Origin: an uncultured Myxococcales bacterium
GTDB lineage: Bacteria > Myxococcota_A > UBA9160 > SZUA-336
Direction: 5' to 3'
NCBI GenBank assembly: GCA_964582775.1
Contig: CAZOTO010000001.1
Location: 1 to 59,123, forward strand
DNA length: 59,123 bases
How positions within the stretch are numbered: position 1 is the first letter of the stretch; every line of letters starts with the position of its first letter. A program made the position numbers and the translations under genes. Below the pieces are notes generated by a model. The model saw nothing but the letters and a program-made list of their open reading frames with translations, was not told where the DNA came from and did no database searches. Shown piece after piece: positions 1 through 8,440 of the stretch.

Positions 1-2342
1 GAGATCGTCGACCCCTCCTTTGCCATCTTGAGGAATACCTCGCCCGGAGTTCCATCCTCGTACTCGCCGACAGTGAGATATCCGTCATGTCCCGAGATCG
101 AAAACTTGTGCGTTAGAGCCCGGCGAAGATCCGGAAGCCTTCGACGCCGCAAAGCCGGATCGGCCGGGATGGGCGAAACCGCTGCTGTCGGCTGGACCTT
201 CTGCTCGGCTTCCTCCTTCGCCTTCGTATTGAGCGGCTGCGTTCTCTTGGATCCATCCCGATAGATTGCAAGCGACTTCAAACCGAGCTTCCAGCCCTCC
301 GTATAGGCCTCCTCGATATCCTGAACCGTGCAATCCTTGGGCATGTTTACCGTCTTGGAGATCCCGCCGGACAGAAATGGCTGAGCCGCAGCCATCATTC
401 GGATATGGCCCATGTAGTGGATCGACCGTTTCCCACGTGCAGAAGCGAATGCACAATCGAAGATGGGAAGATGCTCGTCGCGCAAGAAGGGAGCCCCCTC
501 GATCGTGTCGTTCTCATCTATGTAGGCAACGATGGCATCGATTTGCTCCCTCGAGTAACCACGATTCTCGAGTGCACCCGGCACCGTGCGGTTCACGATC
601 TTCAACACGCCGCCGCCCACGAGCTGTTTGTACTTGACGAGCGCGATATCCGGTTCGATGCCGGTCGTATCGCAGTCCATCATGAACGCAATCGTCCCCG
701 TCGGAGCCAGTACGGTCACTTGAGCATTCCGATAGCCGTGTGCCCGACCGAGATCGAGCGCCTCGGTCCAAGATCCACGGGCAGCCCGATGCAATTCCTC
801 GGGAACTCCGACCTCTCCCAGCTGACGCGCATACTCGTTGTGCAAACCGATCACCTCGAGAAACGGCGCGCGATTGCGGTCGAACTCGCGAAATGGACCG
901 ACGCGGCGGGAAATCTCGGCCGAGCGACGATACGCGCGACCCGTCATGAGCGCCGTCACGGCTGCACAGAGATTTCGCCCCTCGTCGCTGTCGTAAGCCA
1001 AACCGTTTCGCATGACGAGCGCACCAAGGTTCGCGTAGCCGAGCCCGAGAGGTCGGAATGCGTGACTGTTGCGCGCGATCTTCTCCGTCGGATAATCCGC
1101 GAAATCGACGATGATCTCCATCGCAAGCGTCATCACATCGACTGCCTGCACGAAGTCATCGACGAGGAAAACCCCCTTCGAGTCTGCGAACTTCAATAGA
1201 TTCAACGATGCCAGGTTGCACGCCGTATCATCGAGAAAAATGAACTCGCTGCACGGATTGGTCGCATTGATCCGTCCGGAATTCTTGACCGGATTCCAGC
1301 GATTGATCGTCGTGTCGAACTGGACTCCCGGATCGCCGCAAACGTGCGTCGCCTCTGCGATCTCGCGCATGACATCCCGCGCGGGGTAGGTATCCAGGAT
1401 TTCCCCCGTCGTCACCGCACGGGTCTGCCACGCCCCTCCGGATGCATGCGCTTTCATGAAGGCATCGGGGAGTCGCACGGAGTGGTTCGCATTCTGATAT
1501 TGGATCGAATCGTAGGCACCCCCCTGAACGTTGAACCGCCCGTCGTACCCTGCGTCGATCAGGGTCCACGCCTTCTTCTCCTCCGTCGCCTTGCATCGAA
1601 TGAAGTCGAGGATGTCGGGATGATCCGCGTTGAGGATCACCATCTTCGCTGCTCTCCGGGTCTTGCCTCCGGAGCGGATCACCCCAGCGAAAGCATCGAG
1701 CCCCTTCATGAAGGAAACGGGTCCGCTTGCAACCCCGCCGCCGCCGAGATTCTCTCGGGAACTCCGGATCGTCGACAGATTCGACCCTGCGCCCGAGCCT
1801 CCCTTGAACAGCATGGCCTCGGTCTTTGCAAGGTCCATGATCGATCCCATGGTGTCCTCGACGGAGTTGATGAAGCAGGCACTGGCCTGCTGTGGAACCA
1901 TCTTTCCGTCGGGCTCGATCACGCCGAGGTTGAACCACACAGGGGAGTTGAAACAAGCCTTCTGCTCGAGGATGAGATGAGTGAGCTCATCCGAGAACGT
2001 GCGCTCCTGGTCCTCGTCGGCGAAGTATCCACCTTGCCGTCCCCAACGGCACAGCGTTCCGACGACGCGTCCGATGAGCTGACGCACACTGCGCTCGCGG
2101 TGTGGCGTGCCAAGGTGACCGCGAAAGTACTTCGAAGCCACGATGTTCGTCGCCATGGGCGACCAACTCGCAGGAATCTCGACGCCTTCCTGCTCGAATA
2201 CCGCCTCTCCCCCGTCACCAGAGATACGGGCGTCGCGGCGATCCCACTCCACGGTCTCGAAGACATCCTCCGTCGGACGGGTGAAGTGCCGTCGAATCTC
2301 GACGCGTGGTGCATTCGTTCCAAAGCGAGTCGAATCGTCCAT
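1..2342 (-). CDS. nrdJ: Class II (adenosylcobalamin-dependent) ribonucleotide reductase, N-terminal ~780 aa; C-terminus runs off the left edge
   Basis: Absent from the ORF track because it is open at the window edge. Hand translation of the minus strand from ATG 2342 gives MDDSTRFGTNAPRVEIRRHFTRPTEDVFETVEWDRRDARI..ATNIVASKYFRG..CFNSPVWFNLG..NPCSEFIFLDDTACNLASLNLL..FLSGGISKTVNMPKDCTVQDIEEAY..LAIYRDGSKRTQPL..GEVFLKMAKEGSTI. It stays in frame to position 3. The + strand ORFs 405..1199 and 1344..2534 are antisense shadows. Confidence 0.93.
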   Translation of the reverse strand, partial: MDDSTRFGTNAPRVEIRRHFTRPTEDVFETVEWDRRDARISGDGGEAVFEQEGVEIPASWSPMATNIVASKYFRGHLGTPHRERSVRQLIGRVVGTLCRWGRQGGYFADEDQERTFSDELTHLILEQKACFNSPVWFNLGVIEPDGKMVPQQASACFINSVEDTMGSIMDLAKTEAMLFKGGSGAGSNLSTIRSSRENLGGGGVASGPVSFMKGLDAFAGVIRSGGKTRRAAKMVILNADHPDILDFIRCKATEEKKAWTLIDAGYDGRFNVQGGAYDSIQYQNANHSVRLPDAFMKAHASGGAWQTRAVTTGEILDTYPARDVMREIAEATHVCGDPGVQFDTTINRWNPVKNSGRINATNPCSEFIFLDDTACNLASLNLLKFADSKGVFLVDDFVQAVDVMTLAMEIIVDFADYPTEKIARNSHAFRPLGLGYANLGALVMRNGLAYDSDEGRNLCAAVTALMTGRAYRRSAEISRRVGPFREFDRNRAPFLEVIGLHNEYARQLGEVGVPEELHRAARGSWTEALDLGRAHGYRNAQVTVLAPTGTIAFMMDCDTTGIEPDIALVKYKQLVGGGVLKIVNRTVPGALENRGYSREQIDAIVAYIDENDTIEGAPFLRDEHLPIFDCAFASARGKRSIHYMGHIRMMAAAQPFLSGGISKTVNMPKDCTVQDIEEAYTEGWKLGLKSLAIYRDGSKRTQPLNTKAKEEAEQKVQPTAAVSPIPADPALRRRRLPDLRRALTHKFSISGHDGYLTVGEYEDGTPGEVFLKMAKEGSTI

Positions 2343-2566
2343 GAGTCCCACTTCCCCCCTCTCACCTCTCTCCTAACGAGAAGCGTAGTCAAGCTCGGGG
2401 CGAGGAGGGGCCGCGTACCTCGCAACCCCGGAACACGGATTCCTCTTAGAACCTGTGCTCCGCTTCCCAGCCGACCCGATCAGCCTCCCAAGGCCGCGCG
2501 GCGGAAATCCTCATTCCCCCGAGGCGCTATGTAACGCCGAACGGGAGGCGAGGTCAATCCGTTGCA

Positions 2567-2613
2567 CCACAAGATATTGAGCCGAGATGATCCACCAGTC
2601 CAAGATATTGAGT
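2567..2613 (-). promoter_or_regulatory. Tandem NrdR-box-like operator upstream of nrdJ
   Basis: CAAGATATTGAG occurs twice (2570-2581 and 2601-2612), exactly 31 bp apart. Each copy sits in a 16-mer (CCACAAGATATTGAGC, GTCCAAGATATTGAGT) matching 11/16 and 10/16 positions of the NrdR box consensus acaCwAtATaTwGtgt. The site lies ~225-270 nt upstream of the nrdJ ATG. Confidence 0.6.
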
Positions 2614-2738
2614 TTATTGGACTTGCGGGGTCGATGTGGATTCCACTCGGAAGCCTGGCAGGACGCGTATCCGGACGGGGAGCGGGGGCTCCGGTACAAC
2701 TCCGCGAAAAACGGCGACTTTTCTCGGTCTAGGATTGC

Positions 2739-4058
2739 TCAGGTCGCACGGCGCCAGCGAAGCGCTCGGAGAATCGAGAGGGCGAGCCATCCCCCCGTAG
2801 CGGCGAGAAGGAGCCCCGCGAGTCGCGCAAGAAGGTCCTCTCCCGTCGCGATGGCAAGAGCCCCCGTGCCAACGGCGCCCACATGAAGAGCGAACCCCAC
2901 ACGCACCCGCCCCTCGGGCATCAGCGACCGCGCCGAGGGAACCGGCTCGAGCCCCGCACGCGGCGCGAAGCGATGGAACCAGATGAGGAAGGGCACGATT
3001 CGGGTCAGCATCCCGTGGACGATCGTTCCCGCCCATCCCAGGATCGCGAACCAGCCCAAGAGCAGGCCCCAGCGCGGATCCTCCAGGAGGAGGGTCGCAG
3101 CGGAGGCCCCGGCAGCGACCGGCCCCATCGCAAGCCCCGCTCTCCAGAACCAGAGGCTCGCCTCGTCTCGGCGGCGCTTTCTCTGCTGGAGGCTGCGGAG
3201 GGTCGCCCAAGGGTGAAGGATCCAGATCGCCAGCACCGCGGGAAGGGCCCCCAGCCCGGCGAGCCGAGTCGGGACTCCATCCTCCCAGCCCATCGTCCCC
3301 CAGCGATGCAGCACGAGGACCAAAACCGGAAGCCCCACCCCCGCCCACGCAAGCCCGAGAATCGCCATCCGCTCGATGCGGCTGGGTAGCCGGCTCAGGA
3401 AGAACATCGGGATCACCTGCCAGGATACAGAGGCCATGAGCCCTCCGACCCATCCAAGCAGGGCGACGACCAGATGGACCTGGACCCACAGCCCTCGCGG
3501 CCCGGGGAATCGCATACCGCTGTGGCCGTGGACCATCCACAGTCCGAGCAAGGCGGCAAGAAAGAATCCGGCAACCGCCAAGGACATACCCAGCACGGTC
3601 GCGGTTCTTGCTGGGGCTCGTTTCAGCGCCAAGCCCACCGGGAAGACGAAGAGCAACACAGCGAAGGTCAGGGGCGTGATCGAAGCGAAGGTAATCGAGT
3701 GCGCGCCGCTCGCGAGACCGACGAACAGGGCGGCCACACCCAAGACCAGCAACGCATGGACTCCGTGCGCTAGCCGGACTGCCCGCACGCGACTGCCCGC
3801 CACCACCGGAGTCATCTGATAGACTGCGCCCATCATCACCATCGACAGGAACCCGAGCGTGCCGAGATGGGTCAGTGCCAGCGTGATCGGAGACCAGTTC
3901 GAGGAGAGCGCCGGCCCACCGCGGGCAAACAGGAGAATTCCCGCTACGACGACCGCGAGCGGAGCCGTCGCAAAGAAGCTCATGGGAATCGAAAGCGGCG
4001 GGGCTTGATCGAGGTGCAGACCGCGGGTGTCCATGAAATCTCTTAGCGGGGCCTGCAC
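2739..4058 (-). CDS. Polytopic inner-membrane protein (about 12 predicted TM helices), possibly NnrS-like; family not certain
   Basis: 439-aa ORF made almost entirely of hydrophobic helices (..FFATAPLAVVVAGILLF.., ..THLGTLGFLSMVMMGAVYQMTPVVAG..). GTG start at 4058 overlaps the upstream gene stop (4043); alternative ATG at 4034. Sits in a hemerythrin/DUF2249 context. Confidence 0.75.
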   Translation of the reverse strand: MQAPLRDFMDTRGLHLDQAPPLSIPMSFFATAPLAVVVAGILLFARGGPALSSNWSPITLALTHLGTLGFLSMVMMGAVYQMTPVVAGSRVRAVRLAHGVHALLVLGVAALFVGLASGAHSITFASITPLTFAVLLFVFPVGLALKRAPARTATVLGMSLAVAGFFLAALLGLWMVHGHSGMRFPGPRGLWVQVHLVVALLGWVGGLMASVSWQVIPMFFLSRLPSRIERMAILGLAWAGVGLPVLVLVLHRWGTMGWEDGVPTRLAGLGALPAVLAIWILHPWATLRSLQQRKRRRDEASLWFWRAGLAMGPVAAGASAATLLLEDPRWGLLLGWFAILGWAGTIVHGMLTRIVPFLIWFHRFAPRAGLEPVPSARSLMPEGRVRVGFALHVGAVGTGALAIATGEDLLARLAGLLLAATGGWLALSILRALRWRRAT

Positions 4059-5131
4059 ACATGGACGATGGCCCGCCCATCCACTTGTTCCAGAACGTCA
4101 TAGATGAGGCCTCGCTCCTCGAGCCTCGGAATCAGGGGTCGTGGATACCGGGGGACGCGCGCAAGCAGGGAGTGCCCAGGCTCCAGTCGCCCTACGGCCG
4201 CGAGCATGCGCTCGAACGGCTCGGGCGCAGGGAGATCCGCGAACTCGAAAACCTCGGGGGCCTCGGCCGGCTGAGCCTCGACGATCCACGATCCATCCTC
4301 GATCGCGCGCATGCTCGTTCGATAGCCCCGTCGTTCGAGAATCGCCAGCAGGCTCTCTGAGCGCCGTGAAACCACGATCTCGAGGAGTGCGGCGTCCGCA
4401 GCGCGATCGAACGCGCGCACGAGGCGGGTGAGCGGCTCTCGGCAACAAGCGACATCCCGCAGGTCGACACGGCGAAGGGGTCCTTCTCCGACGGATGAAT
4501 CGGGACGGCCCGCGACGTCATCCTCGGCACTGCGTGCACGGACACCGTACGCCAGCCCCATTCGCCAGAGCTCCAGAATCGACTCACGACGTGCCCGCAA
4601 AACGTCGGGGCTCTCTTGTGCGGCTGCCTCGAACAAGGCGCCGAAGAGCAATCCAAACAGCAAATCTGCAGAGGATCCCGCGTCGGCGGAACGAGGAATC
4701 ACGCCGGTGAGGGCCGCCTCACGAACGAGATCGTCAACGGCAAACCGCAGCAACGTGATCGTCCAAGCGAGGGAGCCGTTCGCCCCCGACCTCTCGCCGG
4801 ATACGAGCGGCTGCACGAGGAGCTTCGGAACGGCAGGACTTCTCTGCGCATAGGAAAACAAGCGCGAGAGGAGCGCATCGATCGCGTCAACCGAGAGCGG
4901 GGAGCTGCGCAGTGCACACGCCAAGAGATCGTCGAGATCTCGCTCCGCCGATGAGACCACCGCAGCCAAGAGCCCCCTTCGCGAGCGAAAATAACGCAGG
5001 AGGGTTGCGAAAGACACACCTGCGTGTCGCGCCACGCGACGAAGGCCAGGTGGCTCGAACGCAGCGCTCGCAAGCCCGACGAGCGCTGCCTCGACGATTT
5101 CCCGCGGGGGGGCATCCGATGAAAGGCACAT
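4043..5131 (-). CDS. TetR-family regulator fused to two C-terminal TusA/DUF2249-like modules
   Basis: HTH segment LRRVARHAGVSFATLLRYFRSRRGLL, then a helical ligand domain. Next come VDLRDVACCREPLTRLVRAF..LLEIVVSRRSESLLAILERRGY (TusA-like) and FEFADLPAPEPFERMLAAVGRLEPGHSLLARVPRYPRPLIPRLEERG (DUF2249 signature). I chose ATG 5131 (upstream AAGGAA) over the longest-ORF start 5197, which would collide head-on with the hemerythrin start. Confidence 0.75.
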   Translation of the reverse strand: MCLSSDAPPREIVEAALVGLASAAFEPPGLRRVARHAGVSFATLLRYFRSRRGLLAAVVSSAERDLDDLLACALRSSPLSVDAIDALLSRLFSYAQRSPAVPKLLVQPLVSGERSGANGSLAWTITLLRFAVDDLVREAALTGVIPRSADAGSSADLLFGLLFGALFEAAAQESPDVLRARRESILELWRMGLAYGVRARSAEDDVAGRPDSSVGEGPLRRVDLRDVACCREPLTRLVRAFDRAADAALLEIVVSRRSESLLAILERRGYRTSMRAIEDGSWIVEAQPAEAPEVFEFADLPAPEPFERMLAAVGRLEPGHSLLARVPRYPRPLIPRLEERGLIYDVLEQVDGRAIVHVCRPR

Positions 5132-5154
5132 CCCAGGGATTCCTTTTTCTCGAT

Positions 5155-5173
5155 CGCCCGATAACCTATCGGG
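5155..5173. promoter_or_regulatory. Perfect 8-3-8 palindrome GCCCGATA-acc-TATCGGGC in the divergent intergenic region; candidate TetR operator
   Basis: Read directly at 5155-5173, centred in the 64-bp gap between the TetR-fusion start (5131) and the hemerythrin start (5196, preceded by AAGGAG). Confidence 0.55.
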
Positions 5174-5195
5174 CCCCGAGAAGGAGTCCACGCCC

Positions 5196-5660
5196 ATGAG
5201 TCAACGGAGCCTCGTTGAGTACTTCACATCCGACCACCGAGACTGCGACGAACGCTGGGCCGGTGTCGAGGACGCGGCGCAGGGCGGGGCATCCGAGGCA
5301 GTCCGCCGCGCCTTCCGGAGGTTCGACCATGCCCTGCGCACCCACCTCGAAATGGAGGAGCGGGTACTCTTCCCGGCGTTCGAAGATGCAACGGGCATGC
5401 ACGACGGCGGCCCGACTTTCGTGATGCGCATGGAGCACGAACAGATGCGCGGGCTCCTCGACCAAATGGCCGCGGCTCTCGCAGGCGGTGCAACGAAGGA
5501 GCTGCTCGACCAAGGCGACTCCCTCCTCATGCTGATCCAGCAGCACAATGTCAAGGAGGAGGGAATGCTCTATCCCATGGCGCAGCGAGCACTCGGCGCT
5601 CACTGGTCCGCACTTCGCGCTGCGCTCGAGCCAATTCACGCCGGGCGCGACGCGGATTGA
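5196..5660 (+). CDS. Hemerythrin HHE cation-binding domain protein
   Basis: 154 aa: YFTSDHRDCDERW..HLEMEERVLFPAFE..GPTFVMRMEHEQMRGLL..QQHNVKEEGMLYP. This is the typical His/Glu ligand spacing of bacterial hemerythrin-like proteins. AAGGAG RBS upstream. Confidence 0.85.
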   Translation: MSQRSLVEYFTSDHRDCDERWAGVEDAAQGGASEAVRRAFRRFDHALRTHLEMEERVLFPAFEDATGMHDGGPTFVMRMEHEQMRGLLDQMAAALAGGATKELLDQGDSLLMLIQQHNVKEEGMLYPMAQRALGAHWSALRAALEPIHAGRDAD

Positions 5661-5703
5661 GCTCGATTCCAGGTTTCTCTCGACACGGAGGACCAAAGGA
5701 TCA

Positions 5704-7230
5704 TCATGGGCGGATCCCTCCCGGTCTCGGCACCGGAGGAAGCGACGCTCGCACCCGGGCAAGGCGCAGGGCATCGAGTAGCGCATTGCGCAGTTCACGT
5801 GGGTCGATCACCTCGTCATAGCTCATCGTATCAGCCGCACTCCACGGACCTCCGAACTCCCTTGTTTCGAGCTCTCGTCGCACTTCCGTGTCAGCCCCCG
5901 AGGCAGTGCTCGCCCCTGCCGCCGGCATGGCTCCAAGCGACGCACTCGGAAAGGCGAGCGTCATCGTTTGGCCGTCGAACGGATTCATGCCCATCACCGA
6001 GCTGCCGAACCCATACGCCTTGCGAAGCGTCACATGGAGCTTCGGTGCCCGGATGCGCGCCTGCGCTGCGAACATGCGCGCTGCACTGCGCAGCGCGCCG
6101 GCGCGCTCGGCAGCCTTCCCTGCCATCACTCCTGGGTTGTCCGCGAGCAGCACGACCGGAAGGTGGAACGCATCGGCGATCTCGAGGAAGCGAGAAGCCT
6201 TGTTCGCTGCATTCGCATCGATGGCTCCTGCACGCACCATCGGCTGGTTCGCCAACACAGCCACGGCTTCTCCCCCGATTCGCGCAAGGCACGTAAGGAG
6301 CGAGTCTCCGAATCGCGGCTGAACCTCGAGCACACTCCCCGCGTCGCAGATGAGATCGACGACACGCCGCATATCGTACGGACGTCGTGGGTTCGCCGGG
6401 ACGAGCTCGAGGATACCGTCGAGCCGACGCGGCTCCGCGTCCGCCGCAGCACCAGCCATCCCCCTCGGAGGCCGCTCCCACGCGTTGGATCCGAAGTATC
6501 CCAGATAGCGCCGCACGAGCCCGAGTGCTGCACGATCATCGGGTGCGGAGTTGTGCGCAACGCCGCTCACCGCCACGTGTACGTTTACGCCTCCGAGCTC
6601 TTCCTTCGTCACATGCTCACCGGTCGCATTCGCGACGAGCGGCGGGCCGGCAGAGAAGATCGCGCCCCCCTCCACCATCACGACGAAGTCCGCGAGCAAT
6701 GCCGTGAGGGCTCCGTGCCCCGCCGAGGCTCCCATCACCACCGATACGGTGGGCACGAGCCCCGCGAGCTCGGCCAAGACTTGCAGGTCATTGGGCGCAT
6801 GCGGATAGCGCTCGAGCGCATTCGTCGCGCGTTCGCCGGCTCCCTCGAGGAGCATGACGAGTGGCACGCGCTCCTGCAGGGCCAGGTGCGCCAGGCGCAC
6901 GCGCTTGGCGTGGGTGCCCAAACCGATCGACCCCCCGAGGACCGTGAAGTCCTCCGCACCCACGAGAACCGGACGGCCCTCGATCTCACCCATACCCGAA
7001 ACGAGTGCGTCCGCCGGAACCGAAGCCTGTCCCGATCGCGCCACGCCGCCGACGAGTGCGCCGAACTCACGGAAGCTACCGGGATCGACGAGCGCCTCGA
7101 CGCGCGCTCGAGCGTCGAGGCGTCCCTCGGCATTTCGGCGCTCGAGCCGCTCGAGACCACCCATGGCGCGTGCCTGCACACGCCTGCGTTCGAGCTCCTC
7201 GAGAAGCGGATCCCAGTCTCCCATGACCAT
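5704..7230 (-). CDS. Acyl-CoA carboxylase carboxyltransferase subunit (propionyl-CoA carboxylase beta / AccD5-like)
   Basis: 508 aa: ..LEELERRRVQARAMGGLERLERRNAEGRLDARARVEALVDPGSFREFG..GGSIGLGTHAKRVR..VSVVMGASAGHGAL..ANKASRFLEIADAFHLPVVLLADNPG. Start ATG 7230 follows the upstream stop (TGA 7238-7240) and AGGGCGG. Confidence 0.88.
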   Translation of the reverse strand: MVMGDWDPLLEELERRRVQARAMGGLERLERRNAEGRLDARARVEALVDPGSFREFGALVGGVARSGQASVPADALVSGMGEIEGRPVLVGAEDFTVLGGSIGLGTHAKRVRLAHLALQERVPLVMLLEGAGERATNALERYPHAPNDLQVLAELAGLVPTVSVVMGASAGHGALTALLADFVVMVEGGAIFSAGPPLVANATGEHVTKEELGGVNVHVAVSGVAHNSAPDDRAALGLVRRYLGYFGSNAWERPPRGMAGAAADAEPRRLDGILELVPANPRRPYDMRRVVDLICDAGSVLEVQPRFGDSLLTCLARIGGEAVAVLANQPMVRAGAIDANAANKASRFLEIADAFHLPVVLLADNPGVMAGKAAERAGALRSAARMFAAQARIRAPKLHVTLRKAYGFGSSVMGMNPFDGQTMTLAFPSASLGAMPAAGASTASGADTEVRRELETREFGGPWSAADTMSYDEVIDPRELRNALLDALRLARVRASLPPVPRPGGIRP

Positions 7231-7237
7231 CCGCCCT

Positions 7238-7918
7238 TCAGATGTACGTGAGGCGTAGCCCCGCACCCTCGGAAAGCTTGTGCCGAATGTTGATTCCGAT
7301 CAATAGCGCCGTGAGCTGTTCCACGTAGCGCGCGTTGTAGAGCGGTCCGCCGTCGATCCCGCGGGTGCCCGGAATGTCCTCGCACAGCGCCATCACCCGC
7401 TCACGCGCCCCCTTGGCACCCGAAACGATCACGTCGCACTCCACGGCCGCATCGAGATCCAGCAGTCGATGTGCGGCAACGTTTTGGAAGGCGGAGACCA
7501 CCTCGACGCCGTCGGGCGCGAGCGATTCCACCAGCTCCGCGCACGAGCCCTGCGACACCCCGATCACTCGGGCAGCCACATCGCCAATCGCGGTGGCGAG
7601 CGGAACGCCCATCGACACCAGCACGCACGGTGGCGCGAGCGCATCGCGGATCCCCTTTACGGTCGCCACGGTGTGCTCGAAGGGAACGGACAGGATCACG
7701 ATGCCGCCCGCTGCCTCTCGGGTCGCCCCCGCGTTCTCGAGTCCGCGGACGTCTGCCTTCGGAAAACGCTGTCGCACCTCGTCCGCCGCCGCGAGAGCGC
7801 GCTCCTCCTTGCGGCTTCCGATGCGCACAGGCCGACCGGCCGCCGCGAACCGGTACGCAAGACCAAGGCCCTGCTCGCCCGTTCCTCCGAGAATCGCCAC
7901 CACTTCCTTCGACATCAT
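7238..7918 (-). CDS. npdG: NADPH-dependent F420 reductase
   Basis: MMSKEVVAILGGTGEQGLGLAYRFAAAGRPVRIGSR..SVPFEHTVATVKG..VVSAFQNVAAHRL..GGPLYNARYVEQLTALLIGIN. GAGGAGGG RBS lies immediately upstream of ATG 7918; the longest ORF starts at 7939. Confidence 0.8.
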   Translation of the reverse strand: MMSKEVVAILGGTGEQGLGLAYRFAAAGRPVRIGSRKEERALAAADEVRQRFPKADVRGLENAGATREAAGGIVILSVPFEHTVATVKGIRDALAPPCVLVSMGVPLATAIGDVAARVIGVSQGSCAELVESLAPDGVEVVSAFQNVAAHRLLDLDAAVECDVIVSGAKGARERVMALCEDIPGTRGIDGGPLYNARYVEQLTALLIGINIRHKLSEGAGLRLTYI

Positions 7919-7966
7919 CCCTCCTCGCTTCCCATCCATGACGGGGCGAGGCGGATGCTATCAAAA

Positions 7967-8290
7967 ATGAGCTACCGTTCTCGCGTGAGCGATACGACCA
8001 CTCCCCTCCAGATCGAACAGGCAGGCCCCACGACCCTGAAGATCCGCTGGAAGGACGGCGCGGAGATCTCATACCCGGTGCGTCGCATCCGGATCGCGTG
8101 CCGTTGCGCCCGCTGTGTGGAGGAAGGAACCGGTCGGCCCCTCCTGCGAGCGGAGGACGTTCCTCTCGATGTGCATCCGATGCGCATCCGCCCCATTGGA
8201 CGTTATGGGATCCAGATCGAGTGGAGCGATGGCCACGACACGGGCATCTACACGTTCGAGACGTTGCGCAGGCTCGCGGCAGAGGCCTGA
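7967..8290 (+). CDS. DUF971 (gamma-butyrobetaine hydroxylase-like N-terminal domain) protein
   Basis: 107 aa: ..LKIRWKDGAEISYPVRRIRIACRCARCVEE..PMRIRPIGRYGIQIEWSDGHDTGIYTFETLR. Internal ATG of ORF 7469..8290; the upstream part of that ORF is antisense to npdG. Confidence 0.75.
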   Translation: MSYRSRVSDTTTPLQIEQAGPTTLKIRWKDGAEISYPVRRIRIACRCARCVEEGTGRPLLRAEDVPLDVHPMRIRPIGRYGIQIEWSDGHDTGIYTFETLRRLAAEA

Positions 8291-8440
8291 GCCGCAAAGC
8301 AAATATCGAAGTCGGTGCGGGTGGTGATCTACGAGACACCATCGAAACAGGGGGCGCCAATCCCCGACTTCTACGACTCGCGACTCGGTCGTACGACCTC
8401 GATCAGTCGATGATCGAGTCGCGATACGTTATTGGTGCGC

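Noticed and set aside
2343-2566. Possible cobalamin riboswitch in the ~225-nt nrdJ leader (contains GGGAAGC and GAATCCG strings)
   Set aside because: No B12-box-like element (AGYCMGGAgaCCkGCC) and no GGTG..AATCC core is present. B12 riboswitches normally control B12-independent RNRs, not nrdJ. The leader's function is left unassigned.
8398-8418. Hairpin CTCGATCA-gtcga-TGATCGAG between convergent DUF971 and rsgA
   Set aside because: The stem is only 8 bp and AT-containing, with no U-tract. This is too weak to call a terminator.
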